Source of the DNA: Escherichia coli
GTDB taxonomy: Bacteria; Pseudomonadota; Gammaproteobacteria; Enterobacterales; Enterobacteriaceae
Reading direction: 5' to 3' (one strand)
Assembly: GCF_003334405.1 (NCBI RefSeq)
Contig: NZ_QOWM01000012.1
Length of the DNA: 64,000 nucleotides
Below the pieces are notes generated by a model, which did not search any database, was not told where the DNA came from, and saw nothing but the letters and a program-made list of their open reading frames with translations. Made by a program: the position numbers and the translations under genes. Shown here piece after piece: positions 52,661-62,502 of this stretch (within the stretch, counting starts at the first letter, position 1; every line of letters starts with the position of its first letter).

Positions 52661-53398
52661 TTACGAGCCGCGCAATAAGCGGTTGCCCGCGTCGCTGATA
52701 TCTTCGGCGGTTTTCATCATCTTGATCTGCGCTTCGAACTGGCGGTTCATGGCGATGGACGACATCATTTCGCTCACCGCCGAGACGTTGCTGCCCTCGA
52801 GAAAACCGCCGCTGACTTTGATATTTTCATCGCGCTGGGCCGGAACGCCGTCCGCCGTTATCAACATCCCTTCAGGATTTTTCGCCAGGTTAGCGACCGG
52901 GATATCCACCAGCTTCAGGCGGTCGATATCCATCGTCGCGGTCACGTCGCCGTCATCGGGCGTCACCGACAGCGTGCCGTCGCTGCCAAACGAAGCAATG
53001 GCATTCGGCGGCAGAATGATCGGGCCGTTATCCCCCAGCACCAGATTGCCGTCGATGGCCAGTTGCCCCTGGTCGTCCTGCTGAATGTTGCCGTTGCGGG
53101 TATACACTTCGTTGCCGTTTTTATCCTGCACCGCAATGTAACCCGCGCCCTGAATCGCCACGTCCAGCGGGCGTTCGGTTTTCTCCGCTACACCCGTGCT
53201 GTCGTTCACGCCGCTGGCCCCTTCCTGCGCCATATAGCGCGTGTCGAAGCCGCCGCCTTTCACCTTGTCGTTGGTTGCCATTGCCATATCGGCGCGAAAA
53301 CCGTTGGTGTTGACGTTCGCCAGGTTGTTGGCGCTAATCTGCTGCTCGTACAGGGTCTGAGAAGCACCGCTCAGGGCGGTATAAATCAGGCGGTCCAT
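52661..53398 (-). CDS. lfgF: Proximal rod protein, FlgF-like
   Basis: 245-aa ORF with rod-protein termini. Confidence 0.85.
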   Translation of the reverse strand: MDRLIYTALSGASQTLYEQQISANNLANVNTNGFRADMAMATNDKVKGGGFDTRYMAQEGASGVNDSTGVAEKTERPLDVAIQGAGYIAVQDKNGNEVYTRNGNIQQDDQGQLAIDGNLVLGDNGPIILPPNAIASFGSDGTLSVTPDDGDVTATMDIDRLKLVDIPVANLAKNPEGMLITADGVPAQRDENIKVSGGFLEGSNVSAVSEMMSSIAMNRQFEAQIKMMKTAEDISDAGNRLLRGS

Positions 53399-54600
53399 TA
53401 CATTGCCTGGAACAGCGCGTCATCGAGCTGCGTGCTGGTAGCGATAACTTTGGTGTTGGCCTGATAGTTACGCTGGGCGGTCATCAGGTTGACCAGTTCG
53501 CTGGTGATATCGACGTTAGAGCTTTCGAGCACGCCGGACGACAGCGTACCGCAGGTACCGGAGCCGGGAACGCCAATCAGCGGGGTACCGGATTCCCCGG
53601 TTTGTACCCACGCGGTGCCGCTTACCGCTTCGAGTCCGTTTTCATTCGGGAAAGTCGCCAGCACCACCTGGCCCTGCAACATGCGCTCGCCGTTGCTGTA
53701 GGTAGCGTAAACTTTGCCATCGTCATCGACCTGCACACCGTTCTGAGTCGCGGAAGCGTAGCCGTTGGCGGCGTTGGTGGTGACCGAGAAGTCCGAGCCG
53801 TATTGCGTACAGGTCGAGTAATCGACGGTTAAGTCGATGGGTGCGGCGGCGTCGGTTTGAAATTCAATGGTCTGCGGCGTGGTTGGCGAGGTCAGCTTCC
53901 CGGTGTTCGGGTCGAAGGTTAACGTCGTCGCCGGAACACCAGTCTGCTGCTGACCGTCGAAGGTGTACTGCACTTCCCAGGTGTTATCGCTGGTTTTGGT
54001 GAAGTACTGGCATACCGAATGTTCGTTGCCTAATGAGTCATATACCGTGGTGGTGTAGCTGTCGGTGTACGAGCTGCTGTTGGTCGCATCAAACGGTACG
54101 GTTGTACGGTCGATAGCATCGTCGCTGGCATCGAAGTTGGCGGTAAAAGTCAGGCTGCTGCTGGCCTGCGCCGGGATATTGCCGGTTTTGATCTGGATAT
54201 CGGTGACCGTACCGGTTTGCAGAGTGCCAGTGTCATCGACCGGATAGCCCTGCAAATAAGCGCCCGAGGCGTTGACGATATAGCCGTTTTTGTCGGTTTC
54301 AAACGATCCGGCGCGGGTGTAGGAAATGTTGCCCGCGCTGTCGCAGGTAACAAAAAAGCCGTCGTCGTTAATCGCCAGATCCAGCGCGTTACCGGTGGAG
54401 ACCAGCGAACCGCCGCGCGAAATGCTCTGCGCCGTACCCGCCACGCTGACGCCCATCGCCTGACTTCCGGCATACATAGCTGAAAACTGAGTGGTCATCG
54501 ACTTATAGCCCACCGTTCCGGCGTTGGCGATGTTGTTACTGATCCCGTCCAGTTGTTCGTTAACGGCATTCAGCCCCGTCGCGGCAATTTCATAACTCAT
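53398..54600 (-). CDS. lfgE: Hook protein, FlgE-like
   Basis: 400-aa ORF with hook-protein termini. Confidence 0.85.
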   Translation of the reverse strand: MSYEIAATGLNAVNEQLDGISNNIANAGTVGYKSMTTQFSAMYAGSQAMGVSVAGTAQSISRGGSLVSTGNALDLAINDDGFFVTCDSAGNISYTRAGSFETDKNGYIVNASGAYLQGYPVDDTGTLQTGTVTDIQIKTGNIPAQASSSLTFTANFDASDDAIDRTTVPFDATNSSSYTDSYTTTVYDSLGNEHSVCQYFTKTSDNTWEVQYTFDGQQQTGVPATTLTFDPNTGKLTSPTTPQTIEFQTDAAAPIDLTVDYSTCTQYGSDFSVTTNAANGYASATQNGVQVDDDGKVYATYSNGERMLQGQVVLATFPNENGLEAVSGTAWVQTGESGTPLIGVPGSGTCGTLSSGVLESSNVDITSELVNLMTAQRNYQANTKVIATSTQLDDALFQAM

Positions 54601-54643
54601 TGTGTCTTCCTGTTAATTCAAATTTTGACAGCGTGCCCGTTGT

Positions 54644-54725
54644 TTTGCCGGATGCGGCGTGAACACCTTATCCGGCCTACAAAACAATGCAGTTTCATGT
54701 AGGCCTGATAAGCGAAGCGCATCAG
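54644..54725. repeat. REP elements
   Basis: gccggatgcggcgtgaacaccttatccggcctac ... gtaggcctgataagcgaagcgcatcaggc. Confidence 0.6.
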
Positions 54726-54743
54726 GCAATTTGGCACCGGACA

Positions 54744-55457
54744 TCACGCCACATCACTGTCGGCATCGGGTACGCCAAACTGGCTAATCATGGTGAACGG
54801 CACTTCGCCCACGCCTGCAACGTTGAGCACCGGAGAGCTGCCGTCGAGCGGGATGCGCACATCTTCTACTTCGCCGGAGACTTCAATCGGCACCTCTTCT
54901 TCGCCGGTGTTGGTCACCACCGAAACGTCGTAATCGCCCGGCGGGATGCCGTAATCGGCGGGATCCACCGAGAAATCCACCTGGCCTGGCCCGACGGACG
55001 AACTACCTTGCGGGATCAGCGAGACGGTGTAGTCATCGCCTGCGGCATCGGTAAAGTGGAGATCGGCGGTGGTACAGGCGTCGTCCAGCGTGGCGCGACC
55101 GTTAATGGTCTGGTCGCTGACCTGCAAGGCGGTGGTCTGCACCATAATGTCGTCGCCCACCAGGTTGCCGAGCGCCATCACCTGAATGTTGCTCATCAGC
55201 ACCGCGTTGGTGTTGGCCTGCACGCTCATCTCTTCCATCATCGCCACCTGCGCCATCGACGAAAGCTGGTCGATATATTCGGTGGCGTCGGTTGGGTCGG
55301 TCGGGTCCTGGTTTTGGATCTCGGCGACAAACAGCGTCAGGAAGGTATCGACGGGCGAGCTATCGCTGCTGCTTGTCGTGTCGCTGGCCGCCACATTATT
55401 GCTTTCCGCCGTGGCGGTCGGCTGCGGCGATTGCGCATTCAGCGCCAGGGTATTCAT
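54744..55457 (-). CDS. lfgD: Hook capping protein, FlgD-like
   Basis: 237-aa ORF at the conserved position between flgC and flgE homologs. Confidence 0.8.
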   Translation of the reverse strand: MNTLALNAQSPQPTATAESNNVAASDTTSSSDSSPVDTFLTLFVAEIQNQDPTDPTDATEYIDQLSSMAQVAMMEEMSVQANTNAVLMSNIQVMALGNLVGDDIMVQTTALQVSDQTINGRATLDDACTTADLHFTDAAGDDYTVSLIPQGSSSVGPGQVDFSVDPADYGIPPGDYDVSVVTNTGEEEVPIEVSGEVEDVRIPLDGSSPVLNVAGVGEVPFTMISQFGVPDADSDVA

Positions 55458-55888
55458 CAGGCTTCTCCCAGTTTCAGCAAACTTTGCTGCATACTTTTCA
55501 CGTTGTTGAGCACATCGACATTGGTTTCGAAATCGCGCGAAGCCGACATCATGTCCGCCATCTGTTCCACCACGTTGACGTCGGGATACCAGACATCCCC
55601 GTTAGCATCCGCCAGAGGTGAATGCGGTTCATAGCGTTTCACCGCCCCGCCGGTTTGCAGCACGTCCTGCACCTGCACGCTGGCAGCGTCAATGGCATGA
55701 CGATGTGTACCCGCCAGCAAGCTGTGGTGATACACCGCCGCAAACACCGGGCTGCGCGCTTTATACGCCTGCGCCTCGCTACCGGCAGGCGCCTCGGCGT
55801 TCGCCAGGTTACTGGCGACGGTATTCAGGCGAATGGTCTGTGCCGTCATCGCCGAGCCGGAAATCTGATAGATATCAGTAAATGACAT
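55457..55888 (-). CDS. lfgC: Rod protein, FlgC-like
   Basis: 143-aa ORF with FlgC-like sequence. Confidence 0.9.
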   Translation of the reverse strand: MSFTDIYQISGSAMTAQTIRLNTVASNLANAEAPAGSEAQAYKARSPVFAAVYHHSLLAGTHRHAIDAASVQVQDVLQTGGAVKRYEPHSPLADANGDVWYPDVNVVEQMADMMSASRDFETNVDVLNNVKSMQQSLLKLGEA

Positions 55889-55890
55889 GC

Positions 55891-56226
55891 TTATTTCCCT
55901 TCAATGGCCTCTCTGATGCCGCTGATTTGCAGATTCAGAAAGGTCAGACTGCTTTGATAATCCATACTATTTTGTGAAAACCGCGCCTGTTCGCTGTTCA
56001 GCTCCACGGTGTTGCCATCTTCCGACGGCTGCATCGGCACGCGGTACTGGACATCCACCGCCGCGTTATTTGCCCGTTGCATCTCCCTGGCAAAATCAAT
56101 ATCTTTAGCCTTGAAATTTGGCGTATCGACGTTCGCCAGATTCGCAGTCAGTAGCTCGGTCCTCTCAAGACGTAACTTCACTGCCTGCGGATGTACTCCC
56201 AATGCCTGTTGAAAACTGATCCCCAT
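55891..56226 (-). CDS. lfgB: Rod protein, FlgB-like
   Basis: The ORF track starts at 56256; an internal start MGISFQQALG at 56226 leaves room for a divergent promoter with lfgA. Confidence 0.8.
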   Translation of the reverse strand: MGISFQQALGVHPQAVKLRLERTELLTANLANVDTPNFKAKDIDFAREMQRANNAAVDVQYRVPMQPSEDGNTVELNSEQARFSQNSMDYQSSLTFLNLQISGIREAIEGK

Positions 56227-56307
56227 TTCCTGCGTCACTCCTGCTTCAATCCGCATACGCTAAGCAATCGCCGTGCCATTTTTTAAGTGACTGATGAGAA
56301 AGGGTTT

Positions 56308-57045
56308 ATGAGTTTTCAATTTTGCAGGCGGAAGTTTTATTTCCTCCTGGCGCTGGCCTTACCGGGCTACGCCGCCGTCCACCCCGTGCAGCACAGCGCG
56401 CGGGAACAAGTCAACGCCCAGGTGCTGAATGCCGCGAGCCAAAAAATTGAATCGCTGGCGCAACAGCGGCAGTGGCATGACTATCACTACACCTTTAAGG
56501 TCTACATTCCCTCGCAGATTGCGACCGCCGCGCCCTGTGCGACTACACCCGGCGTTACGCTCACTTCGCCTGCGGAAATCGCCCTCAACCGGATGAACTT
56601 CACCGTCAGTTGCCCGCAAAGCTGGCAGATGAACGTGGCGGTGCGCCCGGATGTGCTGGTGCCGGTGGTGATGACAAAGTCACTGGTTGCCCGCGATACG
56701 CCGCTCACGGCAAATGATGTGGAGTTGAAGCCCTACAACGTCAGCGCCCAGCGCAGGGAGGTGTTGATGGAACTCGATGACGCGATTGGTTTCAGCAGTA
56801 AACACGCGCTGCAACCAGGCAGGCCAATCACCAAAGAAGAGCTGGTGTCTCCGGTGCTGGTCGGGCGCGATCAGCCGGTGATGATTGTTTACCAGAGCGC
56901 GGGGATCACCGCCTCGATGCCCGGCGTGGCGCTGAAAAATGGTCGCAAAGGCGAGATGGTGAAAGTGCGTAACGCCAGCAGCCAGCGGGTCATCAGCGCG
57001 ATGGTGGCGGAAAGCGGCGTGGTGACAACGGTAAGCGCGGAGTAA
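56308..57045 (+). CDS. lfgA: P-ring assembly chaperone, FlgA-like
   Basis: The ORF track starts at a GTG at 56287; the ATG at 56308 has SD gagaaaggg and begins a signal peptide MSFQFCRRKFYFLLALALPGYAA. Confidence 0.75.
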   Translation: MSFQFCRRKFYFLLALALPGYAAVHPVQHSAREQVNAQVLNAASQKIESLAQQRQWHDYHYTFKVYIPSQIATAAPCATTPGVTLTSPAEIALNRMNFTVSCPQSWQMNVAVRPDVLVPVVMTKSLVARDTPLTANDVELKPYNVSAQRREVLMELDDAIGFSSKHALQPGRPITKEELVSPVLVGRDQPVMIVYQSAGITASMPGVALKNGRKGEMVKVRNASSQRVISAMVAESGVVTTVSAE

Positions 57046-57125
57046 TTTGCGCTGGCGATTAAAGTTTTGCCGCCTGTTAACCGCTTTACCGGAGTAACCC
57101 ACCCAAATACCGAGACGAGGTTGCG

Positions 57126-57404
57126 ATGAAAATCACCCCGACTATGCCAGGCAATCGCCCAACAACCACAACGGCAGGCTCCAGCCAGCCGCGCAAAACC
57201 ACGGCGACCACCACCACGACGCTGAGCGCCGACGACATTACTCAGGCGGGATTGCAGTCTGCCCAGCAAACGCTGAACGACCAGCAAGAGAGCGATATCG
57301 ACAGCAACAAAGTGGCGCAAGTGCAGGCGATGCTGGCGTCCGGCAGCCCGCAAGTGGACACTGAACAGTTAGCCAGCGACATGCTGAGTTTTTTCCAGAA
57401 CTAA
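57126..57404 (+). CDS. lfgM: Anti-sigma-28 factor, FlgM-like
   Basis: 92-aa ORF with Thr-rich disordered N-terminus and a conserved C-terminal region. Confidence 0.7.
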   Translation: MKITPTMPGNRPTTTTAGSSQPRKTTATTTTTLSADDITQAGLQSAQQTLNDQQESDIDSNKVAQVQAMLASGSPQVDTEQLASDMLSFFQN

Positions 57405-57416
57405 GAGGCCGATGAA

Positions 57417-57845
57417 GTGAGTATCCGGTTACAACAGGTGAAGGCGTTGTTGCAGGGAATTCGTGACGACGACGCGCTGTATGATTCCCTGCGCGAACGT
57501 CTCCAGCGCCAGCGGATCTGCATGATTCGCCGCGCCAGCGAGGAGTTGCTGGCGGTAAACGATGAGATTACGCATCACTATGAGCAGTTACACAGCCATA
57601 GCCATCAGCGGCATAGCCTGCTGAAAATGCTCGGTGTTAGCGTAAATCGTGACGGTCTGGCGCAGGTGTTTGCCTGGCTTCCGGCGGTACAAAAAGCGGC
57701 AGCACAACAATTGTGGCAACACCTTGAGCAAAAAGCGGAACGCTGCAAAGCCTACAACGATAAAAACGGCGAGTTGTTGATTCGCCAGTATGAATTTATT
57801 CAGTCGTTTTTAGGCAGCGAAGCAGATTTTCTGTATCAGGAATAA
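57417..57845 (+). CDS. lfgN: Export chaperone, FlgN-like
   Basis: 142-aa helical ORF immediately after the flgM homolog. Confidence 0.65.
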   Translation: MSIRLQQVKALLQGIRDDDALYDSLRERLQRQRICMIRRASEELLAVNDEITHHYEQLHSHSHQRHSLLKMLGVSVNRDGLAQVFAWLPAVQKAAAQQLWQHLEQKAERCKAYNDKNGELLIRQYEFIQSFLGSEADFLYQE

Positions 57846-57933
57846 CGACAATACCTTCCCCCATCGCGGAAACGGATTTTCCGCCTGATTGCCAATCCCT
57901 TGTTTTTGACTACAAAAAATCCCGGCACGCTTA

Positions 57934-58902
57934 TTGCACATCCTGCACAGCATTAAAGACTGGAAGCCACCTATGAGTTTTATTGAATGTTACGAACCGG
58001 AATACGTGCGCAATTTTATGACGCAATACCCCGGTTCGCCTTTATACGTCCGCAAGGTGTGGAAAAACGAGATTCGCCTGAGCCTGATGCTGACAGAGCC
58101 AGAAAGCTGCGAAGCGATGCTCAACGATGTCAGGGCCTTTGATTTACAGCTCACCTACCGTCCTGTGGAAGAAAATGCCGCAGAGCTTTCCGCGCGCGAT
58201 GCGATAGTAAACCAGGTGATTTTGAGTACCCTCACGCTCCGTGATTTAACACCAGAACTGTCATTGTATGCCGTCGGTATCCTGCTCTCCCGCGCCAGTA
58301 AAATGCCGGGCAGAGACGGAGATATTCTTGCCCGTTTGACGACGCTGCCGCAGGCGCTGGCCGATCATGCGAAAAAAGGCATCCTACAGGCACAGTTCGC
58401 CCAGCTGCCGCCCGTGCCACAGCTGGTGCGTCACCTGGCCACGTTACTCGGGAGTTTTACGTTTGACTGGTCGATTTTGCCGGAAAGCCCGCGCAAAACT
58501 TCGCTGCCGTTGCAGATGCCTTTGCTGACGCTGCATGACGCTAACAGCGAAGCCCTGTTACAACAGCAGCTTCAGACGCAGTGGCAAACCACCTGGCAAC
58601 AGCATTTTGCCACCGCGCCCTGGATGATGCGTAACTGGCTGATTTACCGCGTTTACCACGATGTGATTGGGCAGACTGACGGGGCGGATTATTTCCCGCT
58701 GGTGTGCGATTTTTATCTCCTCCGCACGTTAATCAGTTTATGGACGCTGGATGGTTCTTCGCTGCGGCAGGAGGATATTTTCGCCCTCTTTGCCATGTTT
58801 GAACGCTGGCGAGCCAGTGAAAATGCGCTGTTGGTTCGCCAGCAAATTCAGTCGTTATGTGCCGCCGACCCGCTGCTTTCAGCGTTTTCGCTGCTAACGT
58901 GA
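57934..58902 (+). CDS. Hypothetical protein embedded in Flag-2
   Basis: 322-aa ORF with no recognised motif; precedes the glycosyltransferase. Confidence 0.5.
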   Translation: MHILHSIKDWKPPMSFIECYEPEYVRNFMTQYPGSPLYVRKVWKNEIRLSLMLTEPESCEAMLNDVRAFDLQLTYRPVEENAAELSARDAIVNQVILSTLTLRDLTPELSLYAVGILLSRASKMPGRDGDILARLTTLPQALADHAKKGILQAQFAQLPPVPQLVRHLATLLGSFTFDWSILPESPRKTSLPLQMPLLTLHDANSEALLQQQLQTQWQTTWQQHFATAPWMMRNWLIYRVYHDVIGQTDGADYFPLVCDFYLLRTLISLWTLDGSSLRQEDIFALFAMFERWRASENALLVRQQIQSLCAADPLLSAFSLLT

Positions 58903-58904
58903 GT

Positions 58905-59045
58905 CGCTCTGTGCGCGCTTTGCCCCTCACCCTAACCCTCTCCCCAAAGGGGCGAGGGGACCGATCGAGCACAGTGTTAAAATCGGCGCTGATTTTCTCC
59001 CTCTCCCTGTGGGAGAGGGTTGGGGTGAGGGCATCAGCGCGCACA
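58905..59045. repeat. Long imperfect palindromic repeat element, distinct from REP
   Basis: gcccctcaccctaaccctctccccaaaggggcgagggg ... ctccctctccctgtgggagagggttggggtgagggc. Confidence 0.5.
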
Positions 59046-61525
59046 TTCATCACATTCACCCATTAACTCACCCAAACACCATGCCAACACCAACCATCAT
59101 CAAAACACTCAACACCCACCGCGAAAAACCGTTTGTCAGCGTCGTCACGCCAACCTGGAACCGCGGCGCATTCCTGCCGTACCTGCTCTATATGTACCGC
59201 TATCAGGATTACCCGGCAGACCGCCGCGAACTCATCATCCTCGACGATTCCCCACAAAGCCATCAACACATCATCGACCGCCTGACCAATGGCACGCCGG
59301 AAGCCTTTAACATCCGCTACATCCATCACCCGGAAAAACTGCCGCTGGGCAAAAAACGCAACATGCTCAACGAACTGGCGCGCGGCGAATACATCCTCTG
59401 CATGGACGATGACGACTACTACCCGGCAGATAAAATCTCTTACACCATCGCCATGATGCAAAAACACCGGGCGCTCATCTCCGGCTCCGATCAGATCCCC
59501 ATCTGGTACAGCCACATCAACCGCATCTTTCAAAGCCGCAGCTTTGGCCCGCATAACATCCTCAACGGCACCTTTTGCTATCACCGTAACTACCTGAAAA
59601 AGCACCGTTACGACGATGATTGCAATTTAGGCGAAGAGAAACGTTTCACCGACAATTTCAGCGTAAACCCGCTGCAACTGCCCGGCGAGCGCACGATTCT
59701 GTGTATCTCGCATAGTCAAAACACCTTTGATAAAGATTTTATTCTCGGGGCCAGCACGCCAGTAAACGCGGCGCTTACGGATATCGTCCGCGATCCGCTG
59801 CTGCGCAATGCTTATCTGAGTCTGCATAACGCCACTCATCACCAGGCGATCAACCATCAGGCGATCGATCAGATCGTTCTGCTGAATCTGGATAAACGCC
59901 CGGATCGCTTACAACAGATCCGTGAAGAACTGGCATTGCTGCATATTCCACCTGAGAAGATCACCCGCCTTGCCGCCAGTGAAGATGAAAACGGTCAACG
60001 GGGCCGCCGTCAGTCGCACTTACAGGCGCTGCGCCTGGCGCAACAGCACGGCTGGCAAAACTACCTGCTGCTGGAAGATGACGCGGTTATTCTCAAGCAG
60101 GAGAAACATATTCAGGTACTGAACACGCTGCTGGCGAGCCTGGCGAAAATTCCCTGGCAGGTGATGATCCTCGGTGGCGAAATTTCGCAGGGAACGATGC
60201 TAAAAAGTTTGCCGGGGCTGGTGCACGCGCGGGACTGCCGCAAAGTGTGCGCGTATCTGGTGAACAGCCGCTACTACCCGCAACTGGCGCAGCAGATGAG
60301 CAACGATGAGCACTCGCTGGAAGCCTGCTGGCAGCCGCTGCTACGCGCCGACAAATGGCTGGCCTGTTACCCGAGCCTTTGCTACCAGCGACCGGGTTTT
60401 AGTGATATCGAGAAAAAAACGACTGATAATATTGCTCACTATTTCAATAAGTTACCCGTAGCCACCAAGCCATCTACATTACCCATCGCCGATACCATCG
60501 GCTTTTTTATGGAAACCTCATTCCACTACACGCTGTACCGCCCAATCATCACCGCTCTACAGGCGCAGGGGCAGAGCTGCACACTAGTGATCAATGACCG
60601 CGTGTTTAAACCGTTTCTTGATGAGATGCTGGAAACACTGAAAAACATCGACGATCCGCAGCTTAAAGGTATGCGTCTGTCAGAAATGCAGACACATGGT
60701 CAGCGGGTGAAATGCCTGGTCAGCCCCTACCACACGCCTGCGCTCAATGGCCTGGCGGCGGTGAACATCCGCGCTATGTACGGCTTAGCCAAAGAGACGT
60801 GGAACCACGCCGACTGGAATCGTTTTTACCAAAGCATTTTGTGTTATAGCCACTACAGTCAGCAGGCGCTGGCGCATTTCGGCAGCGCAAAAGTGGTCGG
60901 CAACCCGCGCTTCGACGCCTGGCATAACGGCACGTTCGATCGCGCGTTGCCGGAAAACATCCAATCAGATTACCGTAAACCTACGGTGCTCTATGCCCCA
61001 ACGTTTAGCGCATTAAGCTCCCTGCCCCACTGGGCTGAAAAATTGGGCCGCTTGAGCGGTGATGTGAACCTGATTTGCAAACTGCACCATGGCACCTGCT
61101 CACGCCCGGAAGAAGCAGCATCGCTGGCCCTGGTGCGCAGGCATTTAAAACAGCGCACCGACTCCGCCCGCCACACGCTGGCGCTGCTGGCAAAAGCCGA
61201 TTACGTGCTGACCGATAACAGCGGGTTTATTTTCGATGCTATCCACGTTGATAAGCGGGTGATCCTGCTCGACTTTCCGGGCATGAATGATTTGCTCGAC
61301 GGTGAGAAAAGTTATTCCACGGCAGAGAGCGCCGACCAGCGAATCCGCGAAATATTGCCGGTTGCTCATGATGTTGCAGAACTGCGTTATTTGTTGTCAG
61401 AGGCGTTTGACTGGGGGTCGGTGCAGGCGCGGCTTACGGAGATTCGCCATCACTATTGCGATGCGTTTATGGATGGCAAGGCGGGAGAACGGGCGGCGAT
61501 TGTGATTGTGGAGGCGCTGGGGTAA
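59009..61525 (+). CDS. Multidomain glycosyltransferase: N-terminal GT2-like, central GT25-like, C-terminal TagF-like CDP-glycerol glycerophosphotransferase
   Basis: 838-aa ORF; VSVVTPTWNR...ILDDS and CMDDDDYY (GT-A DxD motifs); LLNLDKRPDR (GT25-like); VLYAPTF and YVLTDNSGFIFDAIH (TagF-like). Likely start MPTPTII at ~59081. Confidence 0.75.
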   Translation: MGEGWGEGISAHIHHIHPLTHPNTMPTPTIIKTLNTHREKPFVSVVTPTWNRGAFLPYLLYMYRYQDYPADRRELIILDDSPQSHQHIIDRLTNGTPEAFNIRYIHHPEKLPLGKKRNMLNELARGEYILCMDDDDYYPADKISYTIAMMQKHRALISGSDQIPIWYSHINRIFQSRSFGPHNILNGTFCYHRNYLKKHRYDDDCNLGEEKRFTDNFSVNPLQLPGERTILCISHSQNTFDKDFILGASTPVNAALTDIVRDPLLRNAYLSLHNATHHQAINHQAIDQIVLLNLDKRPDRLQQIREELALLHIPPEKITRLAASEDENGQRGRRQSHLQALRLAQQHGWQNYLLLEDDAVILKQEKHIQVLNTLLASLAKIPWQVMILGGEISQGTMLKSLPGLVHARDCRKVCAYLVNSRYYPQLAQQMSNDEHSLEACWQPLLRADKWLACYPSLCYQRPGFSDIEKKTTDNIAHYFNKLPVATKPSTLPIADTIGFFMETSFHYTLYRPIITALQAQGQSCTLVINDRVFKPFLDEMLETLKNIDDPQLKGMRLSEMQTHGQRVKCLVSPYHTPALNGLAAVNIRAMYGLAKETWNHADWNRFYQSILCYSHYSQQALAHFGSAKVVGNPRFDAWHNGTFDRALPENIQSDYRKPTVLYAPTFSALSSLPHWAEKLGRLSGDVNLICKLHHGTCSRPEEAASLALVRRHLKQRTDSARHTLALLAKADYVLTDNSGFIFDAIHVDKRVILLDFPGMNDLLDGEKSYSTAESADQRIREILPVAHDVAELRYLLSEAFDWGSVQARLTEIRHHYCDAFMDGKAGERAAIVIVEALG

Positions 61526-61534
61526 ACCGCGCAA

Positions 61535-61620
<86 letters not shown>

Positions 61621-61642
61621 AATACATCTCTGTTTTAGTACT

Positions 61643-62038
61643 TTATAAAAGCCCTCTAATCACCTCAATAATCCCCGTCGTCGACACCGACGGCGTGCGG
61701 GGGAAATAGACCACCTCACAAATATACGCAAAGCTGTCAAACTTCCCTGCCCAGTCATCCCCCATCACTAAAATATCCGCACTGTACCCGCGCAAATACT
61801 CCGCTTTTTGCTCCAGCGACTCTTCCAGAAATACGCCATCCACGCACGCCAGCCCGGCGATGATCGCCATGCGGTCATCCTGATGGTAAACCGGTGCCCT
61901 GCCCTTTTTGGCGATGTTCAGGGCGTCGGACGATACGCCGACCAGCAGCCGCTCGCCCAATGCGCGGGCGCGTTGTAAAAGGCGCAGATGACCGACATGA
62001 AACACATCGAAGGTGCCGAAGGTGATGACCGTTTTCAT
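61643..62038 (-). CDS. Glycerol-3-phosphate cytidylyltransferase (TagD-like)
   Basis: MKTVITFGTFDVFHVGHLRLL (HxGH motif) and VMGDDWAGKF...VVYFPRTPSVSTTGII match TagD; the ORF track extends to 62176, which would overlap lfiJ. Confidence 0.8.
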   Translation of the reverse strand: MKTVITFGTFDVFHVGHLRLLQRARALGERLLVGVSSDALNIAKKGRAPVYHQDDRMAIIAGLACVDGVFLEESLEQKAEYLRGYSADILVMGDDWAGKFDSFAYICEVVYFPRTPSVSTTGIIEVIRGLL

Positions 62039-62040
62039 GG

Positions 62041-62502
62041 CTACTCCGCTAATTTGTGCCGCAGCCAGCACTGCACGGCGATGTCGTCCACCGCTTTTTG
62101 CGCTTTCGCCGTGGCGCTTTCTTGTTGCTCGCGGCGTTTGTCGTCCAGCGTCAGGGCGACTACTTTCTCTTCGCACGCCGCCGCCGTGAGGTTTTTCTGC
62201 ATTCGCGTGGCTTTGATATTGGCCAGCGTTTTTTCCTGCTCCTGCCAGGCGATTACCTTGCGCAGGGTGCCTTTGTAGCCGCTGACGTTTTTCAGCGATT
62301 CCACCGACACCGCCGCACCCGCAGATGTTTTCTCGACAAGGTAGCCTAACGCCTTGATATTGTTGTCATAACCCGCGCAAATCTGTTTTTGCTTTGCCAG
62401 CTCGACGGTTTTGTCTTTGACCGATTTATCCCGCAGGCGCTGCAACTGCGCCAGGGTGTCGATGATTTGTCGCATAGTTACTGTTCTGCCTTTTTGGCAC
62501 AA
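62041..62502 (-). CDS. lfiJ: Export apparatus protein, FliJ-like
   Basis: Coiled-coil ORF directly downstream of the fliI homolog; start may be the internal M at ~62475. Confidence 0.7.
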   Translation of the reverse strand: MCQKGRTVTMRQIIDTLAQLQRLRDKSVKDKTVELAKQKQICAGYDNNIKALGYLVEKTSAGAAVSVESLKNVSGYKGTLRKVIAWQEQEKTLANIKATRMQKNLTAAACEEKVVALTLDDKRREQQESATAKAQKAVDDIAVQCWLRHKLAE

